From the IMG/VR virus record IMGVR_UViG_3300034954_001540, positions 16,865-80,864 of that record: a stretch of 64,000 bases of DNA; one strand, written 5' to 3'. Made by a program: the position numbers and the translations under genes. Source of the DNA: a virus. The notes below the pieces were generated by a model that was not told the DNA's origin, did not search any database, and was given only the letters and a program-made list of their open reading frames with translations. Every line of letters starts with the position of its first letter. The first letter of the stretch is position 1. This document shows, one piece after another, positions 57,206-64,000 of the stretch.

Positions 57206-58567
57206 ATGTTTAACGCTGAAGCACTCCAAGAGAAGTGGAACCCCATTCTTGAGCACAATGAGCTCGATCCTATTAAGGATACCTACAGAAAGGCGGTTAC
57301 CTCTGTCCTCCTGGAAAACCAAGAAAAATTCCTCAAGGAAGAGCGCGGTCTGGTAACAGAAGCTGCTCCTACTAACTCCTTGGGAGGAACAGGATACTCT
57401 GGTAGCAGCACTGCTACAGGTCCTGTTGCAGGTTTCGACCCTGTGCTGATCTCTCTGATCAGACGCTCCATGCCTAAGCTTATTGCTTATGACATCTGCG
57501 GTGTGCAGCCTATGACTGGTCCTACTGGACTGATCTTCGCAATGCGCTCCACTAAGGGCACTAACAGAGACATCGCTAACAGCGGCGTTGAGACCTTCTT
57601 CAACGAAGTTGACACTGAGCATTCTTCTGAGAATAGCTCCAACGGTCTTGCCTCTAACACTCAGACTGGTAGCAATCCTGGTCTGCTTGCTGACGCTGCT
57701 GGTAACTACACCATCGGTGGTCAAGGTATGACTACTGCTCAGGCAGAAGCCTTGGGCGATGGCGCTACTAACCACTTCAACGAGATGGGATTCTCGATTG
57801 AAAAGGTTACAGTTACTGCGAAGTCAAGAGCCCTCAAAGCTGAATACAGCTTGGAGCTTGCTCAAGACCTGAAGGCAGTGCATGGTTTGGACGCTGAGTC
57901 TGAGCTTGCAAACATCCTCAGCACTGAAGTGCTGGCTGAAATCAACCGTGAGGTTGTCAGAACTGTTTACAAGATCGCTAGACCTGGTGCACAAAACAAC
58001 ACTGCAACTGCAGGCGTGTTTGACCTCGACGTTGACTCCAACGGTCGCTGGTCGGTTGAGAAATTCAAAGGTCTTCTCTTCCAAATCGAAAGAGACATGA
58101 ATGCTATCGGGCATGAAACTCGTCGCGGGAAGGGCAACATCCTCATCTGCTCTGCTGATGTGGCATCTGCTCTGTCCATGGCTGGTGTGCTTGATTACAC
58201 TCCTGCTCTGTCTGGTAACAGCAACTTGCTGCCCGACGACAACAGCAGCACTCTTGCTGGTACACTTAACGGTCGTATTAAGGTCTACGTCGATCCTTAC
58301 TCTGCCAACGTTTCCGATGCTCACTTCTATGTGGCTGGTTACAAAGGTAGCAGTGCTTATGACGCAGGTCTCTTCTACTGCCCTTATGTGCCTCTCCAGA
58401 TGGTTCGTGCTGTGGGTCCTGACACCTTCCAACCTAAAATTGGATTCAAGACTCGTTACGGAATGGTCGCTAACCCATTCGCTGAGGGTCTTACACAAGG
58501 TCAAGGCGCACTTACAGCTAACGCTAACCGTTACTACAGACGTGTTAAGGTTACTAACCTTATGTGA
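57206..58567 (+). CDS. g23: Major capsid protein gp23
   Basis: GVQPMTGPTGLIFAMR, ELAQDLKAVHGLDAE and FQPKIGFKTRYG motifs. Confidence 0.98.
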   Translation: MFNAEALQEKWNPILEHNELDPIKDTYRKAVTSVLLENQEKFLKEERGLVTEAAPTNSLGGTGYSGSSTATGPVAGFDPVLISLIRRSMPKLIAYDICGVQPMTGPTGLIFAMRSTKGTNRDIANSGVETFFNEVDTEHSSENSSNGLASNTQTGSNPGLLADAAGNYTIGGQGMTTAQAEALGDGATNHFNEMGFSIEKVTVTAKSRALKAEYSLELAQDLKAVHGLDAESELANILSTEVLAEINREVVRTVYKIARPGAQNNTATAGVFDLDVDSNGRWSVEKFKGLLFQIERDMNAIGHETRRGKGNILICSADVASALSMAGVLDYTPALSGNSNLLPDDNSSTLAGTLNGRIKVYVDPYSANVSDAHFYVAGYKGSSAYDAGLFYCPYVPLQMVRAVGPDTFQPKIGFKTRYGMVANPFAEGLTQGQGALTANANRYYRRVKVTNLM

Positions 58568-58589
58568 TCTATATTTCACATACTTTTTG

Positions 58590-58615
58590 GAGGGGCTTGA
58601 CGCCCCTCTTTTTTT
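58590..58615 (+). terminator. g23 rho-independent terminator
   Basis: GAGGGGC-TTGAC-GCCCCTC stem-loop followed by T7. Confidence 0.85.
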
Positions 58616-58625
58616 ATGCCATAAT
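58597..58625 (+). promoter_or_regulatory. sigma70-like promoter (TTGACG-N17-CATAAT, extended TG)
   Basis: -35 lies in the terminator loop; -10 at 58620-58625. Confidence 0.65.
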
Positions 58626-58652
58626 ATATTTGTTGAGTTGATCGCTCAACAC

Positions 58653-58827
58653 GGGAGTGACCGAATAACCCTGTTGGAATTTGGCGGGGTAAGGTAAATG
58701 ATTAGAGGTGGTGCTCGCTGCTAGGTCCGTCCTAGAGAACCCCAACCAAGGGAATCATTGTTGTTATGCCCAAAATTTCGCACTAGCGATTCCCATAACA
58801 TGAGGGTAAAATGTAATCCCTCCTCCC
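58653..58827 (+). ncRNA. Structured ncRNA resembling the manA RNA motif
   Basis: GGGAG/CTCCC closing stem; internal stems AATGATT/AATCATT, CTAGG/CCTAG, TGTTATG/CATAACA, TCGC/GCGA, GAGGG/CCCTC. GGGAGTGAC.GAATAA and GGTGGTGC blocks match my recollection of manA. Confidence 0.65.
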
Positions 58828-58854
58828 ACACCCACCCCTTGGGTGTATTTTTTT
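58828..58854 (+). terminator. Rho-independent terminator ending the ncRNA
   Basis: ACACCCA-CCCCT-TGGGTGT stem-loop followed by A-T7. Confidence 0.75.
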
Positions 58855-58890
58855 GTCTATGTGTAAAGGCTTTGTAAAAAAGCAACAAAT

Positions 58891-58931
58891 GTATATTACG
58901 ATACCAAAACAATTATAAGTAGTAATAGAAT
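58891..58931 (+). promoter_or_regulatory. Putative NtcA-type promoter (GTA-N8-TAC-N21-TAGAAT)
   Basis: GTATATTACGATAC at 58891-58904; TAN3T box at 58926-58931. Confidence 0.45.
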
Positions 58932-58998
58932 TATGAGAGGTGGAGACATGAAATGAAAGTTTTTTCATACATCATGGAGTCACATATGGAGGTCAGTT

Positions 58999-59172
58999 AT
59001 GCACAACATAACTTCGCGAAATCAACTCGACGAGTGGCGTCATTTTGAAGATACGATCGATGAGATGGACATCGAGAATCAGAAACTTAATGACTACTAC
59101 GAATGTTTAATTGATTGCGATATCCAACACAATACCAGCTGCAAGAGATATTGCAGGAGGATTCTTATGTGA
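58999..59172 (+). CDS. Small twin-Cx3C protein (57 aa, not in the ORF track)
   Basis: GGAGGT RBS; MHNITSRNQL...DYYECLIDCDIQHNTSCKRYCRRILM; followed by its own terminator. Confidence 0.75.
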   Translation: MHNITSRNQLDEWRHFEDTIDEMDIENQKLNDYYECLIDCDIQHNTSCKRYCRRILM

Positions 59173-59197
59173 GAAACCCCTAACACTACTCGTTTCT

Positions 59198-59222
59198 AGC
59201 GACCCTCAGGGGTCGCTTTTTT
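59198..59222 (+). terminator. Rho-independent terminator
   Basis: AGCGACCC-TCAG-GGGTCGCT stem-loop followed by a T-run. Confidence 0.85.
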
Positions 59223-59254
59223 GTTAAATAATTACTATACTTACTGGTAATACT

Positions 59255-59419
59255 ATGGGTCGTAGCATTATGCGAAAGGTTGATCTGGAGGCTAGGGTTT
59301 ACAAATTGAAGACAGAGCTGTATAATGGGACCTACTGGGATAAGAATGGGGACTGGCACGACGGTGCCCATCACACTCTCAACAAAATCCTCGACATCCT
59401 ACAAGAGTATGCTCAATGA
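59255..59419 (+). CDS. Small hypothetical protein (54 aa, not in the ORF track)
   Basis: Late-like TTAAATA at 59224; W.DGAH..LN.ILD.L.EY motif; ATGA overlap downstream. Confidence 0.65.
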   Translation: MGRSIMRKVDLEARVYKLKTELYNGTYWDKNGDWHDGAHHTLNKILDILQEYAQ

Positions 59420-59598
59420 GTATTAAAGATTTAGACTTCATCGACAATTTCTTCATGGACGAAGAGGACCTCAAACAACTCTCACAGAAAGCAAAGGAAA
59501 TGAAAAACCGAATACTTATGGAAGAGCCTTGTCCAATCTATGAAGGCGACGCAGAAGACTGGGAAGACTTCTGGTATAACGAGGACACAGATGACTAA
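59416..59598 (+). CDS. Small acidic hypothetical protein
   Basis: Tiles with its neighbours. Confidence 0.6.
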   Translation: MSIKDLDFIDNFFMDEEDLKQLSQKAKEMKNRILMEEPCPIYEGDAEDWEDFWYNEDTDD

Positions 59599-59788
59599 TG
59601 GTACTCCTATTACTAAAGAAGAAGTCAAGGAGATGATTGATGATGCCATACGACAGCATAATCGTAACGCTTCAATTATCAGTTTTTGTGTTGGTTGGGT
59701 TGTTCTTGCACTTTTTGCTGAGGGTCTGCTTCGACTTATTGGAGTAATACCGCCCCTGCTGCCATGGCTACAAATCACATTGAAGTAA
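59591..59788 (+). CDS. Small membrane protein
   Basis: GAGG RBS; TM helix. Confidence 0.65.
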   Translation: MTNGTPITKEEVKEMIDDAIRQHNRNASIISFCVGWVVLALFAEGLLRLIGVIPPLLPWLQITLK

Positions 59789-59961
59789 TAGGTGTAATAC
59801 TTCTATTTCTATTCTCCATTTCTATGTTTGTGCAGGGTTACCTGATCTTACATGGGAAGGGAGGATATTCTAATGTACATAAAGATAAGTGGACTGCTAT
59901 AAATACCAGAAGAAGACTAGAGAAACTCCTTAAGGACAAGACACATGGCGACATGGAATAA
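59764..59961 (+). CDS. Small membrane protein
   Basis: N-terminal TM helix, basic tail. Confidence 0.55.
   Translation: MATNHIEVIGVILLFLFSISMFVQGYLILHGKGGYSNVHKDKWTAINTRRRLEKLLKDKTHGDME
59898..59905 (+). promoter_or_regulatory. T4 late promoter (TATAAATA)
   Basis: Perfect consensus upstream of g3. Confidence 0.7.
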
Positions 59962-60499
59962 GCAAATTGAAAACAGGAATTTCCTGTCACCTATTGGGTT
60001 TAGGTTTACGCTTGCCAAGTATCCTAAGGTTGCATACTTCGCTCAGTCTGCCAATATCCCACAGATTACACTGGGTATCCAGCAGCAACCCACACCATTC
60101 AGAGCACTGCCTTTGGAAGGTTTCATGACGTATGAGCCCCTCACCCTACAATTCCTAGTAGATGAGGACATGACCAACTATATGATCATGCATAACTGGA
60201 TCCGCGCACTCGGCACACCTGATGACACTGTAGAGAGACGTGACTTCAGGAGTCGCATGGTTGCACTGTTTGGTAACGATGATCTATATGCTGACGGCAC
60301 ACTGTCTGTGCTCAATAGTAATTTCAAAATGAATTTCAACGTCCAGTTTGAGGACCTGATTCCTACTGGGTTGAATGCACTAGAGTTTAATGCTACAATA
60401 GATGGCACAGAGTATGCCATGGCACAGGTAACATTCAATTACCTACGCTATGAGATACAGGATACCGTCAATTACTCGCGTGATAAGCGACTTACTTAA
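59945..60499 (+). CDS. g3: Tail completion/tube terminator protein gp3
   Basis: NFLSP.GF.F, F.VDEDM.NY..I.NW and A.VTF.Y motifs; position before uvsY. Confidence 0.85.
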   Translation: MATWNKQIENRNFLSPIGFRFTLAKYPKVAYFAQSANIPQITLGIQQQPTPFRALPLEGFMTYEPLTLQFLVDEDMTNYMIMHNWIRALGTPDDTVERRDFRSRMVALFGNDDLYADGTLSVLNSNFKMNFNVQFEDLIPTGLNALEFNATIDGTEYAMAQVTFNYLRYEIQDTVNYSRDKRLT

Positions 60500-60942
60500 T
60501 GAATCTAGAAAAAATTGAGGAGATGTGGAAGAAGGACGCTGAAGCATTCTTTGACCACCGAGAGTTGCCTGAGCTGCTCGCTAACGACAGTATGGAAACT
60601 CCTCGACTCCATGCAAAATACCTGCAGTTTTATAATCAATTCAAACTGATGCTATCAGAAGCAGAGGTGAAGCGCAAGGTGATGCTTCGCGAGAAGTTTG
60701 AATACTATTCTGGCAAGGCATCTGCCTCTGTATACAAAGAGAAACCCTTTGCACTCAAGGTGCTCAAGGGAGATCTCCCTATGTACATTGACAGTGACCC
60801 AGATCTGACCAGAGCACAACAGAAAATCGACTACCTAGAAACTTGTATAAATTCTATTGATAGGATTCTAAAACAGATCGACAGTCGTGGATTTGCCATC
60901 AAGAATACTATCGAGATTGTGAAGTATTATGGTATCAGATGA
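60499..60942 (+). CDS. uvsY: Recombination mediator UvsY
   Basis: P.LH.KYL, EYYSGKA and R.F.IKN.I motifs. Confidence 0.9.
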   Translation: MNLEKIEEMWKKDAEAFFDHRELPELLANDSMETPRLHAKYLQFYNQFKLMLSEAEVKRKVMLREKFEYYSGKASASVYKEKPFALKVLKGDLPMYIDSDPDLTRAQQKIDYLETCINSIDRILKQIDSRGFAIKNTIEIVKYYGIR

Positions 60943-62399
60943 TAACTATCGAAAAGAAAAACGAAGTTTTTCTGAAGGTTGAAGGTGAGCAACATATCCA
61001 TAAAGAATTAAGCGAGCACTTCCAGTTTGAAGTGCCTGGCGCTAAATTCATGCCGCAATTTAAGAGGAGAGTATGGGACGGTAAGATCAGATTGTATTCT
61101 CCTGGCACAGGAGAGATCTATGTCGGACTATATGATTACCTAACACAGTATCTTGACCAGAAAGGATACGAGTATACTATCAAAGATAGTCAATACTTTG
61201 GTCTACCCAATGACGAGGAGGAATATGTCTCACCTGAAAGCGTTGCGTCTTTTGTTAGATCTCTGGGACTCCCATTTAAGATTCGAGACTACCAACTCAA
61301 AGCACTTTTCACGGCAATTAAGCAGCGTCGCAAGTTACTACTATCCCCGACGGGATCGGGAAAATCCCTAATCATCTATGGTCTGGTCCGCTGGCATCTC
61401 AAGGCGGATAGAGAGATCCTAATCATTGTACCTACAGTCTCTCTGGTCTCGCAGTTGACGCAAGACTTCAAAGACTATGGTTGGAAGGCAGATGCTTATG
61501 TCCATCAGATCATGGGTGGGCAAGAGAGATATGTAGAAGCGCCTGTTGTTATCTCTACATGGCAGAGCATCTACAAAGAGCCCAAGAAATTCTTTGAAAG
61601 GTTTGATGTAATCATCGGTGACGAAGCACACCTCTACAAGGCAAAGTCACTGACAGGTATTCTTAATAAGTGCCACGACGCAAAGTATAGAGTCGGGCTG
61701 ACAGGCACGTTGGATGGGATGTACAGTCATCAGCTTGTGCTGGAAGGTTTATTTGGACGTTGCGACAAGGTGACGACCACTGTTGACCTGATGAAGAAGG
61801 GTCAACTGACACCTCTGAAGGTGCGTGTGCTTCTGATGCAGCATGGTCATGTGCCATTCGATACTTATCAACAAGAGATGGAGTATATAGTATCACATCC
61901 TACAAGAAATAATTTTATTTGTAACTTAGCAGAAGATCTAGACGGTAATACACTCATCCTATTCAACTATATCGAGAAGCATGGTGACCCTTTATGGGAG
62001 ATGCTAAATAATAAGGTGAGTAAAGATCGAAAGATCTTTTTTATTCATGGCGGTGTCGATGCTGTTGAAAGAGAAGAGGCTCGCAAGATATGTGAGCAGG
62101 AAAAGAATGCGATTATCCTCGCATCCTATGGCACATTCTCTACAGGCATCAACATTCGTAACCTACATAATGTAATCTTTGCAAGTCCATCTAAATCAAG
62201 AGTAAGAAACCTCCAGTCCATTGGACGTGTCTTGCGTAAAGGAGACAATAAAGCCCAAGCAGTGTTGTATGACATTGCCGATGATTGCTCCCGAGGTAGC
62301 AGACACAACTACACTCTCCGTCACCTCATAGAACGATTGAAGATCTATGATGAAGAGAAATTTGATTATGAAGTAACTAAGGTAAACCTACGAAAATGA
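60939..62399 (+). CDS. uvsW: RNA-DNA/DNA helicase UvsW
   Basis: WDGKIRL, SPTGSGKS, DEAH and QSIGRVLR SF2 motifs. Confidence 0.95.
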   Translation: MITIEKKNEVFLKVEGEQHIHKELSEHFQFEVPGAKFMPQFKRRVWDGKIRLYSPGTGEIYVGLYDYLTQYLDQKGYEYTIKDSQYFGLPNDEEEYVSPESVASFVRSLGLPFKIRDYQLKALFTAIKQRRKLLLSPTGSGKSLIIYGLVRWHLKADREILIIVPTVSLVSQLTQDFKDYGWKADAYVHQIMGGQERYVEAPVVISTWQSIYKEPKKFFERFDVIIGDEAHLYKAKSLTGILNKCHDAKYRVGLTGTLDGMYSHQLVLEGLFGRCDKVTTTVDLMKKGQLTPLKVRVLLMQHGHVPFDTYQQEMEYIVSHPTRNNFICNLAEDLDGNTLILFNYIEKHGDPLWEMLNNKVSKDRKIFFIHGGVDAVEREEARKICEQEKNAIILASYGTFSTGINIRNLHNVIFASPSKSRVRNLQSIGRVLRKGDNKAQAVLYDIADDCSRGSRHNYTLRHLIERLKIYDEEKFDYEVTKVNLRK

Positions 62400-62839
62400 T
62401 TAACTACATCCGTCACGACAACGAATTCTACGGCATTGTTAAGTTGGTGTCTGGTGAAGAAGTAATGGGATCAATGATCGCCACGAATGAAGACAACTGC
62501 ACAATGGTATATGTGTCTGACCCTCTCACTCCTACCCTAACTCCTATCGAAAAAGATGGTGAGATGGGTATTGCTGCGGGATTTACTAAATGGATGATGT
62601 GGTCAGATGAAGAGTTTTATATAATCCAAGAACCTGACATCGTAACGATTGCTCCAATGTCTACAGAAGCAATCATGATGTATAAGATGTGGTGGAGAAA
62701 AGCAGGTAACGGTGGGGAGGATAAGGATCCTGGTGTGCCCATGAATGAAAACATGGGTCTTGTGGGAAAGGTGTCAGAGATGAGAAAGAAACTAGAGGCT
62801 CAGTGGAAGAAACCACCTAAAGAAAAAGACTCTAAGTAG
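62396..62839 (+). CDS. Conserved hypothetical protein (possible Sm-like fold)
   Basis: KLVSGEE motif; usual position between uvsW and g55. Confidence 0.75.
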   Translation: MINYIRHDNEFYGIVKLVSGEEVMGSMIATNEDNCTMVYVSDPLTPTLTPIEKDGEMGIAAGFTKWMMWSDEEFYIIQEPDIVTIAPMSTEAIMMYKMWWRKAGNGGEDKDPGVPMNENMGLVGKVSEMRKKLEAQWKKPPKEKDSK

Positions 62840-62847
62840 TTCCTTTC

Positions 62848-62895
62848 CAACCCTTACATGGTTGAGTATAATTATTATTCTTAACTGTGTCAAGC
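62848..62895 (-). promoter_or_regulatory. Minus-strand sigma70 promoter (TTGACA-N17-TATACT) with a CAACC-N7-GGTTG inverted repeat
   Basis: + strand TGTCAA at 62888-62893 and AGTATA at 62865-62870; similar to 27319-27365. Confidence 0.65.
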
Positions 62896-62924
62896 TTGAC
62901 CTTTCAAGCATTATCTTTTATAAT
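62896..62924 (+). promoter_or_regulatory. sigma70 promoter for g55 (TTGACC-N17-TATAAT)
   Basis: -35 at 62896-62901, -10 at 62919-62924. Confidence 0.8.
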
Positions 62925-62947
62925 GATTAAGTGAGAAAAAATTAAAT

Positions 62948-63424
62948 ATGACTGTAATGCCTCCTAAGAAAAAACAACATTACGTTGATAACAAAAAGTT
63001 TCTTAGCGAGATCGTTAAGTATCGAGAAGCAGTTGAGACTGCCAAGCTACAAGATAGACCTAAACCTAGGATCACTCACTACCTAGGGGATTGCTTCTTG
63101 AAGATTGCCACCCACCTGTCATATAGACCTAACTTTATTAACTACATGTATAAGGAGGACATGATCTCCGATGGTGTAGAGAATTGTGTCCAATACATCG
63201 ACAACTTCGATCCTGCCAAGAGTAAAAACCCATTTGCATATTTCACACAGATCGTGTATTATGCGTTTCTGCGACGAATCGCCAAAGAAAAGCGTCAGAT
63301 GGACATCCGCGACAAACTCATCGAGAAGAATGGTTACGATCAAGTCTTCCACTCAGATGAGAATGATAACCATGCGGACATGAATTCTATCAAGAGTCGT
63401 ATCGAAACCAATATGCGTAACTAA
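62948..63424 (+). CDS. g55: Late-transcription sigma factor gp55
   Basis: HYVDNK.F, NF.NY...EDMI.DG.ENC and NPFAYFTQI...AF.RRI.KEK motifs. Confidence 0.95.
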   Translation: MTVMPPKKKQHYVDNKKFLSEIVKYREAVETAKLQDRPKPRITHYLGDCFLKIATHLSYRPNFINYMYKEDMISDGVENCVQYIDNFDPAKSKNPFAYFTQIVYYAFLRRIAKEKRQMDIRDKLIEKNGYDQVFHSDENDNHADMNSIKSRIETNMRN

Positions 63425-63717
63425 TGACCACTGAGACGAAAAGAGCAACCCTTGCAACGTCGCTGGGATCTAATCCCACGATTGAGAAGCACATCCCCGA
63501 GGATGTCGAATGGATTGATGATGCCTTCTACATCAAGAAGACCCGCTTTGGTCTCTACACCAGTGTAGTTAGGGATCCCCTTGGTGCCAACTTCCTTACA
63601 GGGGGCACTTATGAAGGTGTCCTTAAGATGACGAGATGGCATCTCAAGTGCTTGCAAGAAGGCACCATGCACCTGTATACTAGACACGTTAACACTACCA
63701 AAGGAGTTAAACTGTAA
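63424..63717 (+). CDS. Hypothetical protein
   Basis: TAATG coupling with g55; WIDD.FY...TRFG motif. Confidence 0.7.
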   Translation: MTTETKRATLATSLGSNPTIEKHIPEDVEWIDDAFYIKKTRFGLYTSVVRDPLGANFLTGGTYEGVLKMTRWHLKCLQEGTMHLYTRHVNTTKGVKL

Positions 63718-63860
63718 TGACACGAGACGGAAATCAAGAGTTGCACGATGCCCAAGAGCGTGACAACCCCTGCTCCGATAGTAATGACCGTGGTTATTGG
63801 CGTCGCCGCCTCCGTGATCTAGAGAATGGTAAAAGGAATGAAGATTCTACTGATAACTGA
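63717..63860 (+). CDS. Small hypothetical protein (47 aa, not in the ORF track)
   Basis: AGGAG RBS, TAATG coupling. Confidence 0.5.
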   Translation: MTRDGNQELHDAQERDNPCSDSNDRGYWRRRLRDLENGKRNEDSTDN

Positions 63861-64000
63861 TCAACACTTTGGCGTTAGAAATGACAATAATTTCTACACC
63901 AAGTTGTATCAAAAATTTTATAATGATATAGTCATCCCTTACATCGATCGAGAAGGTATTACTCAGGTCATTGCGCTTGGTGATACCTTTGATCGTCGTA
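63838..64000 (+). CDS. g47: Recombination endonuclease subunit gp47 (Mre11/SbcD-like), 3'-truncated
   Basis: MKILLITDQHFG...LGDTFDRR phosphoesterase motifs; follows g55. Confidence 0.9.
   Translation, partial: MKILLITDQHFGVRNDNNFYTKLYQKFYNDIVIPYIDREGITQVIALGDTFDRR

Noticed and set aside
47901-58567. Introns or inteins in g17, g20 or g23
   Set aside because: ORFs are continuous, of ordinary length, and lack splicing motifs.
884-58579. Numerous minus-strand ORFs of 60-366 aa (e.g. 1766-2866, 11399-12235, 56129-56968)
   Set aside because: All lie opposite well-supported + genes and are expected from RNY codon bias; no recognisable domains.
58631-58854. tRNA after g23
   Set aside because: No cloverleaf with T-psi-C (GTTC) and D-loop signatures; too long.

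Overview
This 64-kb window is from a T4-like cyanomyovirus (marine Synechococcus/Prochlorococcus phage type). All credible genes are on the + strand. In order: a giant (>4,480 aa, 5'-truncated) baseplate/virion protein; a YHYH protein; a gp9/10-like protein; a baseplate protein; gp8; a VrlC-like protein; a 2,334-aa tail fibre; gp13-gp16; an accessory island between g16 and g17; g17-g23; a regulatory/ncRNA island after g23; then g3, uvsY, uvsW, g55 and the start of g47. The g16-g17 island holds putative capsid-targeted basic (poly)proteins, petE, talC, ptox, gnd, an unlisted ndhP-like ORF, zwf, small membrane proteins, a thermonuclease and a 2OG-Fe(II) oxygenase. Most notable observations: (1) a conserved ~47-bp element occurs twice (27319-27365, 62848-62895); each copy is a minus-strand sigma70 promoter with a CAACC-N6/7-GGTTG inverted repeat over its start site, firing antisense into + strand genes, and the second is back-to-back with the g55 promoter; (2) a basic 764-aa protein looks like a prohead-protease-processed polyprotein with T4-like capsid-targeting sequences; (3) a hidden NdhP-like gene sits inside a pentose-phosphate/electron-transport cassette; (4) after g23 there is a stand-alone manA-like structured RNA whose promoter -35 box is the loop of the g23 terminator, followed by a putative NtcA-controlled small-protein unit; (5) the giant protein shows nested domain insertions. 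Family assignments come from recognised motifs, gene order and recall; no database searches were run.
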